Origin: Chiloscyllium plagiosum
Lineage: Eukaryota
Direction: 5' to 3'
Assembly: GCF_004010195.1 (NCBI RefSeq)
Contig: NC_057728.1
Location: 45,479,419 to 45,543,418 of the forward strand
Length of the DNA: 64,000 bases
Below, one piece after another: positions 11,760 through 25,682 of this stretch (the first letter of the stretch is position 1; every line of letters begins with the position of its first letter). A model generated the notes under the pieces. That model was not told the DNA's origin. It saw only the letters and a list, made by a program, of their open reading frames with translations, and did no database searches. A program made the translations under genes and the position numbers.

Positions 11760-12639
11760 AAACAAACCTTCCAGCTCAGCGAGCAAACCTACATCCAATC
11801 CCTGAAGTTATCAGCACAAGTGAATAGGGTGGTGAAGAAGGATTATGGGATGGTTGCCTTTATGAACTGAGATTTAGAATACAGGAGCAAAGAAATCTTG
11901 TTACAGCTTTGTAAAACATTGATTAGCTCACAGATGGAATACAGTGTGCAATTCTGATTGCCACACTATTGGAATGATCTGATTGTATTGGACAGTATGC
12001 AAAGGAGATTCATCAGGATGTTGCCTGGGATGAGAAATCTCAGTTATGAGGAGAGACTCGATAGGCTGGGGTTCTTTTCATTAGAGCAGATGAGGCTAAG
12101 CTGTGATCTGTTTGAGGTAAAGAAAATTATAAGAGGCACACACTGAGTAGGTTGTTTGTATCTTTTTCCCATGGCAGACCTGTCTAAGACCAAAGGGCAT
12201 ACGTTTAAGATGAGGAATAAGTGGTTTAGAGGTGATCTGAGAAAATATTTTTCACCAAGAGTGTAATAGAAAAATGGAACGTGCTACTTGTTAGGGTAGA
12301 GGAGGTGAGTACTCTCACATCATCTTAGAAACATCTAGATGATTCCTTAAAATCCCAGGGCCTAGTGAGCTATGGACTAAGTGCAGACAATTGGTAGATT
12401 GGAGGCCCATCTACCTCCAGCTCCTACAACTGATACTGAGTTCAAATTCTGCCAGAATCTATCCATAAAGTCCTGATCTAATCAAGAACAGGATAGTGAC
12501 ATTTCAGAGCTGCAGAGAGAAGGACTGCCTTGATGCTAAACCATCAGATTAGTGAGAGTGACATCAAGGAGCTCCAGTAAAGATAATGTAGAGAAAAGAG
12601 GATAATCTTTTCAGTAACTGAAGTTATGAACTAAGCATA

Positions 12640-12780
12640 AAGGAAGATGGCTTTGGTTATTGGAAGTGAATTAATTCAGCTCCAGGATATTGTTACACAA
12701 GTTTCTCAAGGCAATGTATAAAGATCAATTATTTTGAGCTGCTTCATTCAAAGTCTTCCATCCATCATAAGGTCACAACA
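12640..12780 (+). mobile_element. Ancient CR1/L2-type RT fragment
   Basis: Degenerate QLQDIVTQVSQGNV..IILSCFIQSLPSIIRS (GVPQGS-type region). Confidence 0.55.
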
Positions 12781-13099
12781 GAGTTAAAAGCTGGTTGCAC
12801 AGACCATAGGTTATAATTGTCAAAGTGGACCTGAACATGTAAAAGTCCAGAATATTTGCTGAAAGATGTCAAACCTCTTTCCTTCCTCGTTATTAAATTA
12901 TACTTCCCTTCAATATTATGTGAACTTAAGAAGAAGCACCTTTTAGGGCACAGTAAGTGTGATAATATACAGATGGCCTATAAAGCAATTTTTTTTCTTT
13001 TAAAATAAGTTGAGTGCAGATTTACCATTCTTTTCATCAAATCTAATATTTTCATCTTCCCAGTGAATTTAACACTTTTTTATTTAAAAATTGAATACT

Positions 13100-13465
13100 T
13101 ACACCACACTCTACATCTGCAAGGCTGAGAGCATTGTGGAAAACTCCACACATCCTTCATTCAAACTCTTCTCTCTCCTGCTATCTGGCAGAAGATACTG
13201 GAGACTGTGCAACAGTTTCTTCCCCCAAGTCATCAGGCTCCTGAACACCATATGATCGCAGTTTATTCCATCTGAAATTCATTGCAAGACTTTTCAAGTT
13301 ACTGCTAAACCAATTTTTTTTTATTAATGTTCACTCATTATTACACGGTAGTTTGTGTTATTGTTATTGTTGGTGTTCATGTAACACCTTGGTCCTGGAG
13401 GAATGTTGTCTCATTTTTACCATACCAGTTGTATATGGTAGAAATGACAAATAAAACTACTCTTG
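13100..13465 (+). mobile_element. Rex1/Babar LINE 3' end
   Basis: LFSLLLSGRRY..NSFFPQVIRLLN, then a UTR ending gacaaataaa. Confidence 0.7.
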
Positions 13466-14069
13466 ACCCCTGACTCTCTTGACTAGATTGCTGCTATTGT
13501 CATACTCAGCTTCCAAAAAAAAAAGTGACAGTAGCTGTGACAAGAACAAGAATTCATTTCAATGTGAAGTTGTTATGCTCAAAGGCATATTTAAGATGAG
13601 TTATGAGACTGAATTTTCTAGTATGGCTGCCATCTAATCATAATTTTGTGTTCCTGCTCATGTGTATAGTTCTTACCAGCTCCATGTCCAATCTTGATCT
13701 AGTAAAGGAAATTGGTTTTGGGCAGTGGTGATGGGAAAGTTGGGAACAGGGGATGGTGTTGGGGGAGAGACAGCAGAAGTGGGAAACAACTAAGAAATTT
13801 TGGTTCACGTGAAATTTGACAGGTATGGACATTTGCACTTTCTTAAGGCCATTGAAAATATTCACTATATTTTCAATACAGATGGCAGCTTTTGCCAAAA
13901 CTAAAGAAGTATGATGAAATTCCCAGGTGAAGAGAAAGGGAAAGAAAAAAAAAATACAAAGCACAAAACTCAGTTTGCATACAGGTGACTGAATTACACA
14001 ACACATTGCAGCCAGCAAGCAGAGACTTGAGATAAATTTTCCTCAAAGGCATTGCCTGTACATAGGAAA

Positions 14070-14160
14070 TGCTGAGACATTTGAAGGTTCAGACCACGCT
14101 CCTGGTGAGTTCTCCTGATGCTTTGGCTGATATTTATCCCTCAATTGATGCCAATTAATG
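14070..14160 (+). mobile_element. Deu-SINE fragment, probably continued at ~15395-15460
   Basis: gagttctcctgatgctttggctgatatttatccctcaa resembles the Deu core seen at 45920-46340. Confidence 0.45.
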
Positions 14161-14164
14161 CCGA

Positions 14165-15147
14165 TTAGTGTTGGGACCACGATTACTTACAAATTATGTG
14201 CATGATTTGGAGTTGGGGACCATGTGTACGGTGTCAGTGACACTATGATGAGTGGCAGAGCAAAGTGTGCAGAGGACTATGAAACTTTGCAGAGGAATAC
14301 AGACACATTGAGTGAGTGAGCAAAGGTCTGGCAGTTGGAATACAATGTAAATAAATGTGAAGTCATATATTTTGGTCAGAGTAACAGCAAAATATATTAT
14401 TACTTGAATGGTTAAAAAGTTGCAGTAAGCTGATTTGCAGACAGACCTGGGTGTCCTTGTGCATGATTCATCGAAGGTTGGTTTGCAGGTGCAACAGGTA
14501 ATTAGGAAGGCAAATGGAATTTTGTCCTTCATTGCTAAAGAGCTGAGTTTAAAAGCAGAGAGGTAATATTTCAGCTGTATAAGGTGCTGGTGAGGCCACA
14601 TCTGGAGTACTGTGTGCAGATTTGGTCTCCTTACCTAAGAAAGGATGTACTGGCACTGGAGGCATTGCAGAGGAGGTTCACTAGGTTGATTCCAAAGTTG
14701 AGGGGGTTGGCGTATGAAGAGAGGCTGAGTAATTGAAATTCAGAAGAATTGAGGGGGGATCTTACAGAAATATATAAAATTATGAAGGGAATTGATAAAA
14801 TCAAAATAGATAGGATGGTTCCACTGGTAGGTGAGACTAAGATAAAAGGGCATGGCCTCAAAATTAGAGGGAGCAGGTTTAGAATTGAACTTAGAAAGAA
14901 CTTCTTCACCCAGAGGGTTGTTAATCAGTAGAATGCCTTGCCCAGGGAAGTAGTTGACGCTACTTCAGTAAACGCTTTTAATGCTATTGTAAGTACTTTT
15001 TTGAAAAATAAAGGAATTAAGGGATATGGTGAAAACATGGGTAAGTGGAGCTGGGGCCATGGAAAGATTAGCCATAATCCTACTGGGTGGCGGAACAGGC
15101 TCGAAGGGCTGAACGGCCCACTCCTGCTCCTAGTTCTTATGTTCTAA
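14165..15147 (+). mobile_element. CR1 LINE 3' portion
   Basis: [21 protein letters not shown] and RGDLTEIYKIMKG...RKNFFTQRVV, plus a CR1-type 3' UTR. Confidence 0.9.
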
Positions 15148-16345
15148 TTAAAGGTAAGGTCGTTATAGTCTTATCAGACCATAAGGGTGCACTCTCAATA
15201 CAGAGAGAATGTCAATTGGTGGCATTTTAACCTGAGGCTCACCATACCTCAGGCAAGCAAAGAAGTTGAAAAGGAGAATCCTTCATGACAATCTCAGCTA
15301 GCATAGGAATTGAACTCTTAGTTGCTTATACCACTCACTAGCCATTCAGGCAACTGAGCTGAAGCAACTCATAATGTCAGTTGTAAATTAGAGCCACATT
15401 ATCAGATCGTTGCTTCAAATAGCTATGAAACTTTGCAGTATGAGAAATGGCTGCTGTGGAAAGTAACCGCAGGAATATTATACAAAGTACAACAGATAAA
15501 TAGAGATTTATGCCTCTTGTGCAGGAGAAATGTATTGGTGAATTGAGTTTTTCTTACAGCTGTTGCTCATTTGATATTTTTCTTAACTTCCGCTTCATTC
15601 TCTACAAAATGCCTTTAATAGAACAAAAACCAAATTGACTAAAACATGTTTGCATTGGTTACCAAGAGGCGGTCTTACTATGCAGTATAATACTGAACAT
15701 TTTGGGGGTGGGCAAAGTGAAGTGGTAAATATGTTAAGTCAAATTCATGACTTGATTATCTCCCTCTGTCTTTCACTGCCCACAGTGATCTCATTATTTT
15801 CCGCATACGCTACACGTTTACTGTGAGCCATTCAACTACAGCTCTTCACTGTCATGTAACTTAATCCATAGATTAATGGTTGATCTTTATGAAATTACAG
15901 CTCAAGGACGTGTGTCCAATTAACTATGTAGCTGGGGAAATGTTCTCATTCCTCACAATCTGGGTGGTGACATTGTCTGTTTCATGAATCCTTGGCTTTC
16001 TGGGAGTGTCTTGTTTTGTGGTATTGCAGAGGATGTTTCCAATTCTTGGATATTTGCACATACCCCCAGCACTATACAGAGATATGTACTTGATTCATCG
16101 CCAGTTTTGGGATGTTCTTTATGCTTGAAACTACTAATTGAAAGCTTTTAAAATAAATTTATGGATAATCTAAATTATATTAATACCAGATTTGCAAACC
16201 ACTTCAAGTATTAAAAAGGGAGAAATTCAGTTGAGCTACTGATGCATTTCTGTTTTACTCACAGTTTAGACTCAGGGCTTTGTACTTAGTAGCTTCTCCT
16301 GGTATTTGCCCCAGTGTGTTCCAGTGGACTGATTGTAACTCTGTT

Positions 16346-16538
16346 GAGAGTGCGTTGCTGGAAAAGCACAGCAGGAGAGGCAGCATCCAAGGAGCAGGAG
16401 AATCGACGTTTCGGGCAAAAGCCCTTCATCAGTCTCTGGCCCGATTTTCCTGCTCCTTGGATGCTGCTTGACCTGCTGTGCTTTTCCAGCAACACACTCT
16501 CAACTCTGATCTCCAGCATCTGCAGACCTTACCGTTTC
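16346..16538. mobile_element. Fold-back family A pLTR insertion
   Basis: Inverted arms; exact 17-bp TSD ctgattgtaactctgtt at 16329-16345 and 16539-16555. Confidence 0.9.
16403..16434 (-). ncRNA. Hammerhead core, family A; catalytic residues intact, 5' strand of stem I lost
   Basis: Minus: ga-CTGATGA-A-GGGC tttt GCCC-GAAAC-GTC-ga. Confidence 0.6.
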
Positions 16539-17728
16539 CTGATTGTAACTCTGTTCATTGCTTTCCTTTCCACCAAGAACAACTCAGCTAAAACCTGTCT
16601 AAGGTGAGCTGGACAGAATTGTGAACAAAATATTGGACAGAATTGTGGATAGAAATTCAAGTCCTCAATGGCAGTACAAGTGGGTGAATAAGATACATGT
16701 GCATATCTATGGTTGTGAAGACAGATGAAGGCTGCAGTTGGACTAACAGTATCCAGTCGTCACAACTTGCCAACCCATCCAAACTGTGTGATTGGTGACA
16801 ACACACTGATTACTTCATGTGAAAAGATGGCAACATAGTCATCAAAATAGGAGTTGAACCCACAGTAATAGAAGAGGCTGTGAGTAGGCTGTGAACCAGG
16901 AAGTAGCTAGTTACAAAAAAGGCAGTGGATTTCTTATGGTAGCTGAGCTCTTGGATTTGAGACTGAAATAGAACTCACACCTGAGCAGTCCTTTCCAGGG
17001 TCACCTCAACTCTCAATGTTTAATGACGAGGCTGGAAAGAGGCTTTAAACATGGGCTGGTGCAACCTGTTCTAATTGTATCTTGTGAGATCATCACCCTT
17101 GTGAACTTCTGTACCTGGAATACATGCACCCTAGTGTACAATCAAATCAGTGAATGCCCGGAAATAGGATTGCACTGAGCTCCCAAGAAAAACACTGACT
17201 CCCGTAAAAGATCAGTTTGGAGTTGAAGGAGGAATTACACTTTCAAAGGGAAACTAAAAGAGGACTGTTCAGTTTAGACATGGGTTTGTCATCAAAAAGA
17301 GAATCGCAGGTAAACTTTAAACAGACAGTAATTCAGTTCATGGTTCATAACCCTATGCTTTTAATTTACCAATAGACCACAATCATGAGTGCTTTTATTG
17401 TTGCTTCCAAATTGGATTCTATTGACAAAGCCAAAGAGCCTTTCAATGCAAATCCAGAAGCTCTATTTGCAACTATCCCAAAACAAGACAACATGGTTCT
17501 TTCAGAGATTTTAATACCAGTGTTTCATGCAGCCATATTATCTGGAAGGGCACCATCAGGAAAGAAGAATGGCATCCGAAACGTTTAGAGGGAAGAATAC
17601 CAGAACTTCCTCGATTGGAAATCAAAGATATCAGATGGAACCATCTAAACAATGTTTTACCAGCTTATAGATCAAATTTGGGCACGTTACCAATACCTGC
17701 TGAGAAACAATAGGTTGTCGAACAAATA

Positions 17729-18045
17729 CAAAGCTAAAAATCACACAATACCAGGTTATGGTCCAACAGGTTTATTTGGAAGTACAAGCTTTTGGAGCGC
17801 TGTTCCTTCATCAGGTAGCTAATGGAGTAGGATCATTGGATACAGAATTTATAGCAAAAGATTATAGTGTCATATAACTAATGCAATATATTGAACAAAC
17901 CTAGATTGCTGTTAAGTCTTCCATCTTTTAGAATGGTTTGCAGGTTTCGATTCATTCATATGTAAATCCCAGAGTTTGTTTTCCCAAGATAACTTAATGT
18001 TTTATAAAAAAAGATGACATCTCAGCTCAGACAATGCATTAAAGA
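17729..18045 (-). mobile_element. Family C Penelope pLTR fragment with hammerhead (G12 mutated) at 17783-17817
   Basis: Minus: tac-CTGATGA-A-ggaac agc gctcc-aAAA-GC-TT-gta; same family as 29870 and 47216. Confidence 0.75.
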
Positions 18046-18397
18046 TTATTGATTTGACAGGAAACATCTTAATCTCAATTGGTTGACAGGCAAGAGTCAG
18101 GTGACCCTCCAACATGTCCATGAATTACAATGTGCTAAAAAATGTTAAGCTGTGGCCCATACTGTACAAAACATTCAGACTACACTCACTCTCATCAGAT
18201 TGATATTAAAATTAGTTGCTCTTCCACTTAACAGCAGCAAGACCAACATCCTTCAGTTGCCTGCTTGCAGACAAACACTTACATCCCCAACGGTTGTTAT
18301 TGATGTGGAGACTTTAGAAGACATTGAACACTTTCTATATCTTGACAGCTCTTATTGCAAAAGGTCACCATTGAGGAGTAGGTGAAACATAGAATTA

Positions 18398-18629
18398 AAA
18401 ACTGAAAGAACTGCAGATGCTCTAAATCAGAAACAAACACTGAAGTTGCTGGAAAGGCTTAGCAGGTCTGACAGCATCTGTGAAAAGAAATCAAAGTTAA
18501 CATTTCAGGTCTAGTGACCCTTTTTCAGAACAGTCACTGGATCTGAAATGTTAACTTTGATTCCTCTTCCCAGATGCTGCCAGACCTGCTGAGTTTTTCC
18601 AGCAACTTCTGTTTTTGTTTCCAGCAAAG
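18398..18629. mobile_element. Fold-back family B insertion with a decayed hammerhead (minus, ~18497-18531)
   Basis: Inverted arms. Minus: gtt-CTGAAaA-A-gggtc acta gacct-GAAAt-GTT-aac. Possible TSD tagaatta at 18390-18397 and 18630-18637. Confidence 0.75.
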
Positions 18630-18884
18630 TAGAATTAGTTGTGTTAGTAAATTTTTGCAAAACTTCAGCCATCAGGTCTTCAATAACAAAGATCCCCAGG
18701 CTTTGGTCTACAATGCTGTTGTTCTCACTCACCTTCCAGAGAGCCGTGAGGTTTGTGTCACCCAACAAAAGCACTTCTGAGCATTGCAGCATCTCCATCA
18801 ACGTTCTCTCAGCAGGATACTCAAAGGTAAGTGGGAAGACAATTGAACAGCATTCATACTGAAGGCAATTCTTCCAGTATCGTA

Positions 18885-19715
18885 CCTTGTAAACACCACG
18901 TACAAGTTTGCTGATGACACCGTCATTGTAGGTCGCATCTCAAATGACAACGAGACAGAATTTAGGAAAGTGATTGAGTGCTTCATGTCATGGTATAAAG
19001 CCAACAAACTTTCCATCAACAACAGCAAAGTGAAGGAGCTGATCATTGACTTCAGGAAGCAGATTGGACAGATTGGACAGCATGCACCTATCTGCATCAA
19101 TGGTCCTGAGGTGGAGATGGTCAAGAGTGTCAAGTTCCTGGGAGTGATGATCACCAACAATCTGTCCTGATCTACCCATATCAACATGACAGTCAAGAAA
19201 GCATAGTAATGGCTCTATTTCCTCAAGAGGCTAAATAAATTCTGCATGTCCACAAAGGCACTTGCCATTTTTTTATAGATGCACCTTATAAAGCATCCTA
19301 TCTGGATGCATTACAGTGTGGTATGGCACCTGCTTTTCCCAAGACCACAAGAAACTACAGAGAGTCATGAACTCAGGCCAGCCCATCACACAAACCAGCC
19401 TCCCATCCATTAACTCTATCTATGCTTCCCACTGCTTCGGGAAAGCAACCAACATAATCAAAGACCCCTCTGTTGGGCAGAAGATATAAATGTTTGAAAA
19501 CATGTATGAACAGATTCAAGAACACCTTCTTCCCTGCTGTCACCTGACTTTTGAACAGAACTCTCAAATATTAATTCTGATCTCTCTCTTTGTTCCTTCT
19601 GCAGCATTTTATTCTGCATTCTGTTCTCTACCCTCATGCACTTTGTGTGGTGTGATCTGCCTGTCGAGCACACAAAACAACACTTTCACTGCATTTTGGT
19701 ATATGTGACTTCATC
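18885..19715 (+). mobile_element. Rex1/Babar LINE 3' part (RT C-terminal half and UTR)
   Basis: YKFADDTVIVGRISNDNETEFRKVIE...LSINNSKVKELIIDFRK...VKSVKFLGVMITNNLS. Confidence 0.85.
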
Positions 19716-21613
19716 AAGCAAAAGTCAAACAATGATCATGTGAATATAGCCCCGCTGGTCTGTATGCAATCAGTATGGAGGAAAGTAGATGATACTGCAG
19801 AAAGTGAAGCTGTAGTTCATAACTGAGAAACTGAAGAATTATATGTCAAGAGATAATTATTTATTTGAATAGCATCACTGACTTTAAACAGCCAGCTATC
19901 AAAAAATAAACTAGGGACACATTGAAGAAACTTAAGAGACAAAGCTTTGCAGTATTATGTTTTGATTGACACTCTTGTTTACCCACCCCCCTTCTCACCC
20001 CCTGAACTGGGAAAGTCAGTGCAAACTCTGACGCACATCATCAGTCATGCTTAAGATTCTGGCTGCATTTTACTGAATGCTAGTAATTTGGGCAAATGCT
20101 CTCGAAATGGACTGTTATTGGTGACATCATCTTGGCAGACTGCTTATTGTCAACTTTTTTCTATTCGGCAATCATTTGTATTATTTTAAGGAAAAAAGCA
20201 AAATAAGAATCTTTTAAGAAGGTCGTCCTTAGGATTTTCTTAAGCTGTCCAACTAACTTACCACATGAAAAGCTCATAGTCTGGTCGATAATACAGGTAC
20301 TCTATTACTGTTATGCCATTTTTTTTTACCCTTTCTACATTTACACAGAGATGTAAAAGGCCAAGAAAATATATTACAACTTGTTCAATCCAGTTTCGTC
20401 AAACAGCTGACTGTTAGAGTTTGAGCTGTGGTTAAGTCATGCTCAGGAGGCATTTACACAATTCCTCTTCCAAGCAGACAAACCAGTATTAGATTTTCTT
20501 GGCTCCTGCCTGGCAGGAGAGAGTGCAATTAACACATGTGTAAGGTTCTTTGGTAACTGTTAGAAATTTAAATGTTTAGTAAGCCAGGAGGGGTAAATCC
20601 CTACTCTATTAATGCTTAAATAAAGGTTAGACATACTTGGAATGTGACCAGGGGGTCCACTGAAACCCCTAAGCACTTTGTAAAGCAGATTTGAAACAGC
20701 ATGCATGTCTCCTTTTGAGATGTCAAGGCAAAGTGATAGGAGACTATTGCCTTTCTGGAGCCTCACACTATATTGTTTTGAAATGAAGCCAGATCTTAAT
20801 TCTTAGATTTATTTGCAAGTTTAGTGCTTTTGAAGAGGACAAAATGAATTTGCAATAACATTATATGTGTCGTCTAAATGCGCTCTGAAGCAGTTCCTGC
20901 TATCTTATAGCATAACACTGTTGGCATAATCTCCATCTATGCCTGTGTATTACGCAAACATTGACAATTAAAAAACAGGATTTTCCCAGAAATGATTCCA
21001 ATTCTTGCTTTTGACTGGGAACAAATACACAGAATTATTTTCTAGGATCCATGCCCAAACACTATGGATCAGAACATAATGATAATTATTGGAAAATTGG
21101 GTGAAAAGTGCAAATGGAAAGCTGAGCAGGATTCTTGCTTCATTTACCCATTTACTGCACTTAGGTGATCCAGTGTGCAGACCCTAGAAAACAGGCACCC
21201 CCTGCCAGGTTATTATTGATGTAAGGTTTGCCCTCCAATATCATGTAAGTTACTGAAGTATTCATGCAGATTGCATGCGAGAATTACAAACTCCACGCTT
21301 GGACTATAACATGTAACCAATGGTACAATAGCCTTATGAAGAGGTTTATACTTTGAGTAATGTGCCTAAATGTAAGTAGCAGATTGTATTTAATAAAAAT
21401 AATAGATTCAAATATAATTTCTGATATTTCCATTGTTTTAGTAGTCTTTGAAATGTCTGACATGTTTGAGTCATCACACGATTACGTGTCTCCAAGCAAA
21501 TCGACTGAATTAATTTACATTTGCCAAGAAGTGCACACCCTTCCCACAGGGACACACTCAACTTGCATAGCCCATTAAATATAAACATGGACTGTCAAGA
21601 CCCATTGGACATA

Positions 21614-21670
21614 GGTGCGTGTGCATGTGCGTGTGTGTGTGTATTGTGTGTGTGTTTATTGTGTATGTGA
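21614..21670 (+). repeat. Imperfect (TG)n microsatellite
   Basis: Direct reading. Confidence 0.85.
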
Positions 21671-24039
21671 CTTGTGCAGATTAATTAACAAACAATAGAC
21701 AGCTCACCAGTATAGAGTTTTGGAAACTTCCCTTCAGTTTGTTCATCTGGTATCATATCCAGTGTGGCCGAACTCAAGATGTCTAAAGTCTAGTGGAGAG
21801 AATCCAACTTAAAAAAAATGTGGAAAACTGCAACAGTTGATTTTTTAAATAAGCTCTGTGCGCAACTAAGTTTGCTTCCCATCAAGTTTCAAATAGCTGT
21901 GAAGCTTGCTCTTTTTATGTTTTTATTTAATGGGAGATTATTTTTAAATGTATGGTAATGGTAAAACAATCTGGATGATAACTCATAGATCAATGTACTG
22001 TGTGGATTAATTGGACAGGAAAGGTGCCCAGTTCTATTCATTTCAGCTAAAATTCAAGGATGCAGAATAGACGATAACAGATCTGCTCCCTGAGAACTTG
22101 TAAAATTATATGAGCATTTAGCATTATGGGATAAGGGAGAAAAATGAGTACGAGGCATATTTTTTAAGTTCTTGAAAGGAAATAGCCATGTATGTTTGTT
22201 TTAGATATTTTATTTCTAATTGAATACAATACAATTATATGTCCAGCAATAACTTAAATAAAGATTAATAGTAATAAACTTGATTTATTCTCACATTTTT
22301 GAGACAGGAAATATCTTGTTGCCTATTATATAGTTCATTTTTGGCAGCCGCTTCTTCTTTGCTATTGAGATAGATATATGAAACTGTTAGGTGTGTAGAT
22401 ATTTGAAATACATTCTGAATGTCAATTTTAAGCAGCTCCATGACAAAGTGTGGCACTGAATATTGGAGTTGAGAAAAAAATACAAGCTCTTTGTGAAAAA
22501 AATGGACTAGGCCACCAACCATGATGGGATTCTCAATGCAGGATAAATGCGCGTCAATTCGTGGTGATACAGGCAACATGCAAACTTTGTATTGTGTGAC
22601 ATGGATGTGTAGCCTCAGTGCTAAATGTGTTGGTGAGTGATTGTATACCTCAGTCGGGATCCCATTTCAAGTGAGGTGAGCAGTATGCAAACCTATTCTG
22701 TACTACTTAACGACAGCCTATGCTCATAAAGGAAAGTTGCACTTGTTTAAAGGAAATGCTGGGAGTGATTTACAAAAGGAGTATCTGAGCAAAATGAAGA
22801 ATGCAAATGCCAAGGCAGCATGCTCCAAGATTCTCTGATGTAGCACTGGCGATCTTGGTACAGGATAAGAGATATCATCTTTCTTCAGGGAACCTGGAAG
22901 TCTTCCAGTCAGATAATATAGACTTTGGAACATGTAAATGCCACTGTCAATGTTAACAGTCTCATTCTCTTCTGGATGTAACGCCACAAAAAATTCAATG
23001 ACCTCACACAGTCAGTGTTATTGAATACGTGTTCATATGCTATATCCTTTTAGATAACCCCTAGCCTTACAGCCTGTTTCATTCAGCACCCAACTTCACT
23101 AACTTACCACTACTTTGTGCCACGCTTCATTTGTACACAACATTCGTAGCCTCACTTTCACCCAAATACACTTAGAGCAACTGTGAACCTTGTACTTATC
23201 CTTTGCAGGTTTCATACGCTGTCAGCTATTCACCAGCAACAGATACATCATCCAAACATTTTGCACCACATTGGCAAACATACTTTGCTCTTTCTTGCAG
23301 GGTAAAGTGCCCATAATTGGAGGCAGCAGTTACATGCTTTCACTCCCAATAGAGGTGAAGATATTGACAATTGGTGATGCTGCTATAGCTAACTACAGGG
23401 ATGAAACCATAAAAGATGCTAATATGCTCCTAATTTATCACATCTCACTTCCCGCTTATCCTACTATTTCTTGTGATCTATAAACCACAGATGGTGTAAG
23501 TGTGAACTTCAAGCTTTACTCTTCCCTCCTTACCACAACCACTACCCTGTGTCTTTACACTTTCACATGCCAAAGAGCTGACACCTAGTCAGAATTGATG
23601 CAAGCAGCTGAAGTACAAGAGATTCAACATACTAGAGAAGAAAAAAAAAATCACTATGTCTCACATTTTTGTTCATCAGCTTTGAAGGTTACACATTTTA
23701 GTTGTAGCATAGGTGTGAAATCTGCAAGTGGTGAGACATGGATCACCAGTAGGTCGCAGTGAGGATCACCTTAGAAATTAGTGAGAGTGTGAGCTCCCTG
23801 GAAGGTGAAGTTCCATATCAATTCTCCTCGGAGATGAGTCAGATAAAAACCTTGCCAGGACAGCTTAATGAAGAAGGCTGAACAATAAAATCTTTGGTGT
23901 ACTGACAGGTCTGCCAGAAGGTGCCTGCTCTCAGTGTCAAGGAACAGAGGAGAGGTTGGAATGCTGTTGCAGAGCTTAAGGCTCACTTTTTCCAGATGAA
24001 TAGCCATGGGAACAAATTGTAGACCCCAATCATGATTTA

Positions 24040-24250
24040 CCACTTGATGATGTCTCAGCTTCCAATGTGCCAACAGCAGAAGCCATCTGAAGACCAAATA
24101 CTGGAGTAGATGTTTAGACAAGGAAATGGCATCTTGGCTCATTGCACACTCAATAGGGTGATGACCTGGTCTTGAGGGGAGAGTCTGGATTTTCATTACA
24201 CGTCCTGATCGTTCCCTCAAAATCATCAAATAATCCCTGTTTTCATCATC
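24040..24250 (-). mobile_element. PIF/Harbinger transposase C-terminal relic
   Basis: Frameshifted CNEN..TR..IECAM..KMPFPCL..LLQY, resembling the HARBI1-type YNxxHxxTRxxIExxxGxLKxRFxCL motif. Confidence 0.4.
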
Positions 24251-24869
24251 TCCTTGCTGGACAACTGTTAAACTCCACCAATGGGAACAAGGCAGTGATA
24301 AACCAGAACGTGAACCGAGTAGGGCTAAGGGTTAATGAACACTCGATGCCAGGGAGACATTCCCAGCTGAGCCTGTACTCCAGAAACTCTTACAAGGTGT
24401 GTCTGGGTCCGTCTCTCAGTTATGGTGGTGACAGCATCTCTTGGCAACCAAGATGGTGAAAGATGTACAGCAAGTGGTACAGCTTCAGGTAAAATCAATC
24501 AATGAGAGTGCCAGAACGAAACATCTCAGTACTCCTCTGGAGAATTGCATAGACTTTATATCTGCTTAATGTCAAACTCTGTATTACTGAAAGCTGATCA
24601 GTGCATCCTGGCTTGGACTTTCATTCACCCTGAAACTCAGACTGCTGTTATTATGACTGTAGACACTGGTTTTCAGAGGGGCTGCTGTCTATTACAGCAG
24701 CCTATGGTCTGTCAGATGGCTAAGGTTCCACTCCAGGAGTGAGTGGCAGTGTTCCAGTGCAGTACCAACCACCTGTCTAATCTTAGGATACAGAGAAAGG
24801 GTCCTAGCACCGATCCCTGGGAAGTAGGCATGGAGAAAAATATTTCTGAATTTGTAGTTGATACTCAGG

Positions 24870-25682
24870 TAAGGCAAATTGTGAATTGTGACGATGATGC
24901 TGAGCGACTTCAGAGGGACATTGACAAGTTGGACAACTGGTCAGACTCCTGACAGGTAAAATCAGGATAGACAACTGTGAGGTAATGCATTTTGTTAGAT
25001 GAAACACTGAAGGACAATACATGCTCAATGGTACAACTTGGAGAGGAATATAGGCGCAGAGGGACCTCAGAGTTCGCCTGCATTATTTTCTGAAGGAGGC
25101 CAGGCAAGTTGAAACAGTTGTTAAGAAGGTTTATATGATTTATAAATAGAAGAAAAGAATATAAAAACAAGGAAGCTAAATCTCAACCAATAATTGGTCA
25201 GACCACATTTGGAGTATTGTGTTCAGTTCTGGGCATTTAAGGAAGATGCTAAAGCCCTGGAGAGAATTCAAATGAGGGATTTATGGGGCAGAGAAGATTA
25301 AACGGTGACCTTATTGATGTGTTCAAAATTATGAACAACTTTGACAGGGTAGTGAAGGATATTCTGTTTCCACTAGTTGGTATGTCAGTAACAAGGGTCA
25401 CAATTTCAAGATTGTCAGCAAGAGAGCTCAGAGTGAGATAATGAGAAACTTTTTTATCCAGATAGTTGTTAGGATTTGGAATATGCTGCCTGGGAAAATG
25501 GTGGAGGCACATTTCATAGGAGGTTTCAAAAGAGAGCTAGGTATATATTTGCAAGTGATGAATTTAGAGGGCTACAATGATAGGCCTGGCGAGTGGGAGC
25601 AGCTGGGTAGGTCTTTTGATGAGCAGCATACACACATTGAGTTGAATGGCCTCCTTGTATACTGTAAAATTCTATGATTCAC
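24870..25682 (+). mobile_element. CR1 LINE 3' portion
   Basis: [23 protein letters not shown] and RNFFIQIVVRIWNMLP, ending ttctatgattc. Confidence 0.85.

Larger units (their letters stand above)
10580..11797 (+). mobile_element. 5'-truncated Penelope-like element, family D, with an inverted copy of its 3' end
   Basis: 10580-10925 is largely the reverse complement of ~11500-11797. TSD at(t/c)cctgaag at 10570-10579 and 11798-11807; the CR1 reads through across the insertion. Confidence 0.9.
9010..12400 (+). mobile_element. Decayed CR1 (HER1-like) LINE ORF2 to 3' end, interrupted at 10440-10530 and 10580-11797
   Basis: RT motifs SCLTNLIEFF (~9915) and SKFADDTKIGG (~10222); 3' part LDSMQRRFIRMLPGMRNLSYEERLDRLGFFSLEQ (ORF at 11958). 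Confidence 0.9.
17100..18870 (+). mobile_element. Highly decayed RTE LINE with nested insertions
   Basis: WNTCTLV (WNVRTL-like endonuclease start) at ~17116; LNSSKTNILQLP...ETLEDIEHFLYLDS in the ORF at 18152. Confidence 0.6.
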
